A DNA stretch of 64,000 nt from Guillardia theta CCMP2712 (Eukaryota > Protista > Cryptophyta), in the NCBI RefSeq assembly GCF_000315625.1, contig NW_005434638.1, positions 567,659-631,658 of the forward strand. The letters run 5' to 3'. Of this stretch, positions 62,689 through 64,000 are shown piece by piece (position 1 is the first letter of the stretch; each line of letters begins with the position of its first letter). The translations under genes were made by a program, and so were the position numbers. The notes under the pieces are model-generated. The model made no database searches. It was not told the origin of the DNA and saw only the letters and a list, made by a program, of their open reading frames with translations.

Positions 62689-63279
62689 TCACAACGATTC
62701 GCTCCTACTCTGTCGGTCGGTGCTCTCTTTGGTTGGATGCCTTGCAACTGGGTGCCCGAACTGACTGCCTGACATGTGTACGAGCTGAAGCCATGCTCGA
62801 AAGTCAGGATCCGCAGGATCTCCATTCATGGGATTTTCGCATCTTCCATCGGAGCTTCTGTCTAGCGCGAGAGCTTCAGTCTGATGATTCCCCTCAGAGG
62901 GAGTCGATTCTGAACTGTTGACCACGAATGTCTTGGGAGACACGTAAGGATGCCGGCGACCGATTCTACACCCGGTCAACACGTTCTGTATTGTCGTCAC
63001 CCACTCCGCTGCCTGCGTGTCACATACCGCGCGCACATGCAGATTAATTCTTGACTGATTTCTTGGGAGGTGAACAATAAACGAGGTCTTATCAACGATC
63101 TCCACATCGGCTTTTGAGAAATTGTCGTACAGCCAAAAGCTCCTTCCATCTCTGAGCGATGTGTCCTTATAGTAAGCAATCTTCGAGTTCGTTACCAGGA
63201 ACCAGCGTTTGCGCCAACCCAGGTTGCTAGTTTTGCGTCTGAGCCATCCAGACAAGATGATCTCCTCTTCGTCGGCCAT
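62689..63279 (-). CDS. Pleckstrin-homology (PH) domain protein
   Basis: LSGWLRRKTSNLGWRKRWFLVTNSKIAYYKD...AAEWVTTIQ. Confidence 0.85.
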   Translation of the reverse strand: MADEEEIILSGWLRRKTSNLGWRKRWFLVTNSKIAYYKDTSLRDGRSFWLYDNFSKADVEIVDKTSFIVHLPRNQSRINLHVRAVCDTQAAEWVTTIQNVLTGCRIGRRHPYVSPKTFVVNSSESTPSEGNHQTEALALDRSSDGRCENPMNGDPADPDFRAWLQLVHMSGSQFGHPVARHPTKESTDRQSRSESL

Positions 63280-64000
63280 GCTTGATGATTAGGTGGTAAG
63301 CGAAGTAGAAAAATATGAAATAAAACAGGAAGCTGCTCAGCCAAGGAATTTATCTAGGGAATCCCAGAGTCCCAAAAATCAAAACTTTTCACAGTAAATG
63401 AAGTTCAGAAAAGTGTCTGTCTCGAGCTCAGCGTAAGAACAAAGTGTACTGAGTATCGAGGCAAATGTAAACTCCAAATCTCTCTGAGCAGGTGAAGGTG
63501 CGTGAAAGTTATACAAGAGCTTGCTGCACTGGAAGCCAGAGCGATTGAGAGAGGGTTGATGAAAGAATTAGATTCAAAGAGGAGGAGAAGGAAAGGAAAT
63601 GAATCGACAACGAGCCAGAGGATAGATTTCTTCAGTTCATCTTTTTGCGATCAGCATGAAGCCCAACCTGGGGTAGGGTGAACGGGTTGTTAGGGGTATA
63701 GGGGTTCTCGTGAATCGGGGGTGGGGGTAGAAAATGTGTGTACCAAGTCATTAGTTTGCTGTGCAAAATGGAGGGGTACTTCATAGAACTGCCAAAAAAG
63801 ACACTGGTGGGTAGGGTAGAGAAATCAGGTACAAAAGACTCTAAAAAGAGATGGGTTCTCTTCTCCTGACGGGAAGGGCAGTCTAAACCAGGGTGGGTAG
63901 TAGAATGGAGTGGTCAGTATCGTAAAATCTGGCACTAAAACCTGGAAGAAAGGGGTAGGGGTAGAACAGCGTTTGAATCGTTGCCCGTGGGGTACTAGTG

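Noticed and set aside
63660-64000. Telomeric or subtelomeric repeat
   Set aside because: The GGGTA motifs are dispersed and non-tandem, and match the internal intergenic clusters.

Overview
Gene-dense eukaryotic nuclear DNA with many short (~40-60 nt) GT-AG introns and six assembly gaps. The gene families and intron style suggest a cryptophyte alga such as Guillardia theta (inference, not confirmed). The window has three compartments. (1) 1-15 kb is an accessory zone. It holds frameshifted intronless gene fragments, a MAPR/PGRMC1-type heme-steroid-binding gene in tandem with an intronless cytochrome P450, and a ~960-bp TIR element carrying a retrotransposon endonuclease-like fragment. It also holds a frameshifted Crinkler-type NTPase+REase gene and a possible pogo-like remnant. 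(2) ~15-39 kb encodes an orphan multi-TM protein, an ankyrin protein, a signal-peptide cereblon/CULT protein with a large insertion, a Sen1-like SF1 helicase, an R3H/G-patch protein, a METTL25-like methyltransferase and EFL1/Ria1. From ~18 kb, introns in this zone are full of microsatellites. (3) 39-64 kb is compact. It encodes a CEP164-like WW/Sfi1-repeat/IQ protein, a secreted LysM protein, MRPL47, a RING-CH ligase, a >2400-aa surface protein with nested FN3 and phage-like modules, an LRR/coiled-coil protein, a GT25 glycosyltransferase and a PH-domain protein. Clusters of GGGTA/TACCC recur upstream of many genes. Exon boundaries were read by eye and the ends of multi-exon genes are approximate. 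No rRNA, tRNA or CRISPR array was recognised.
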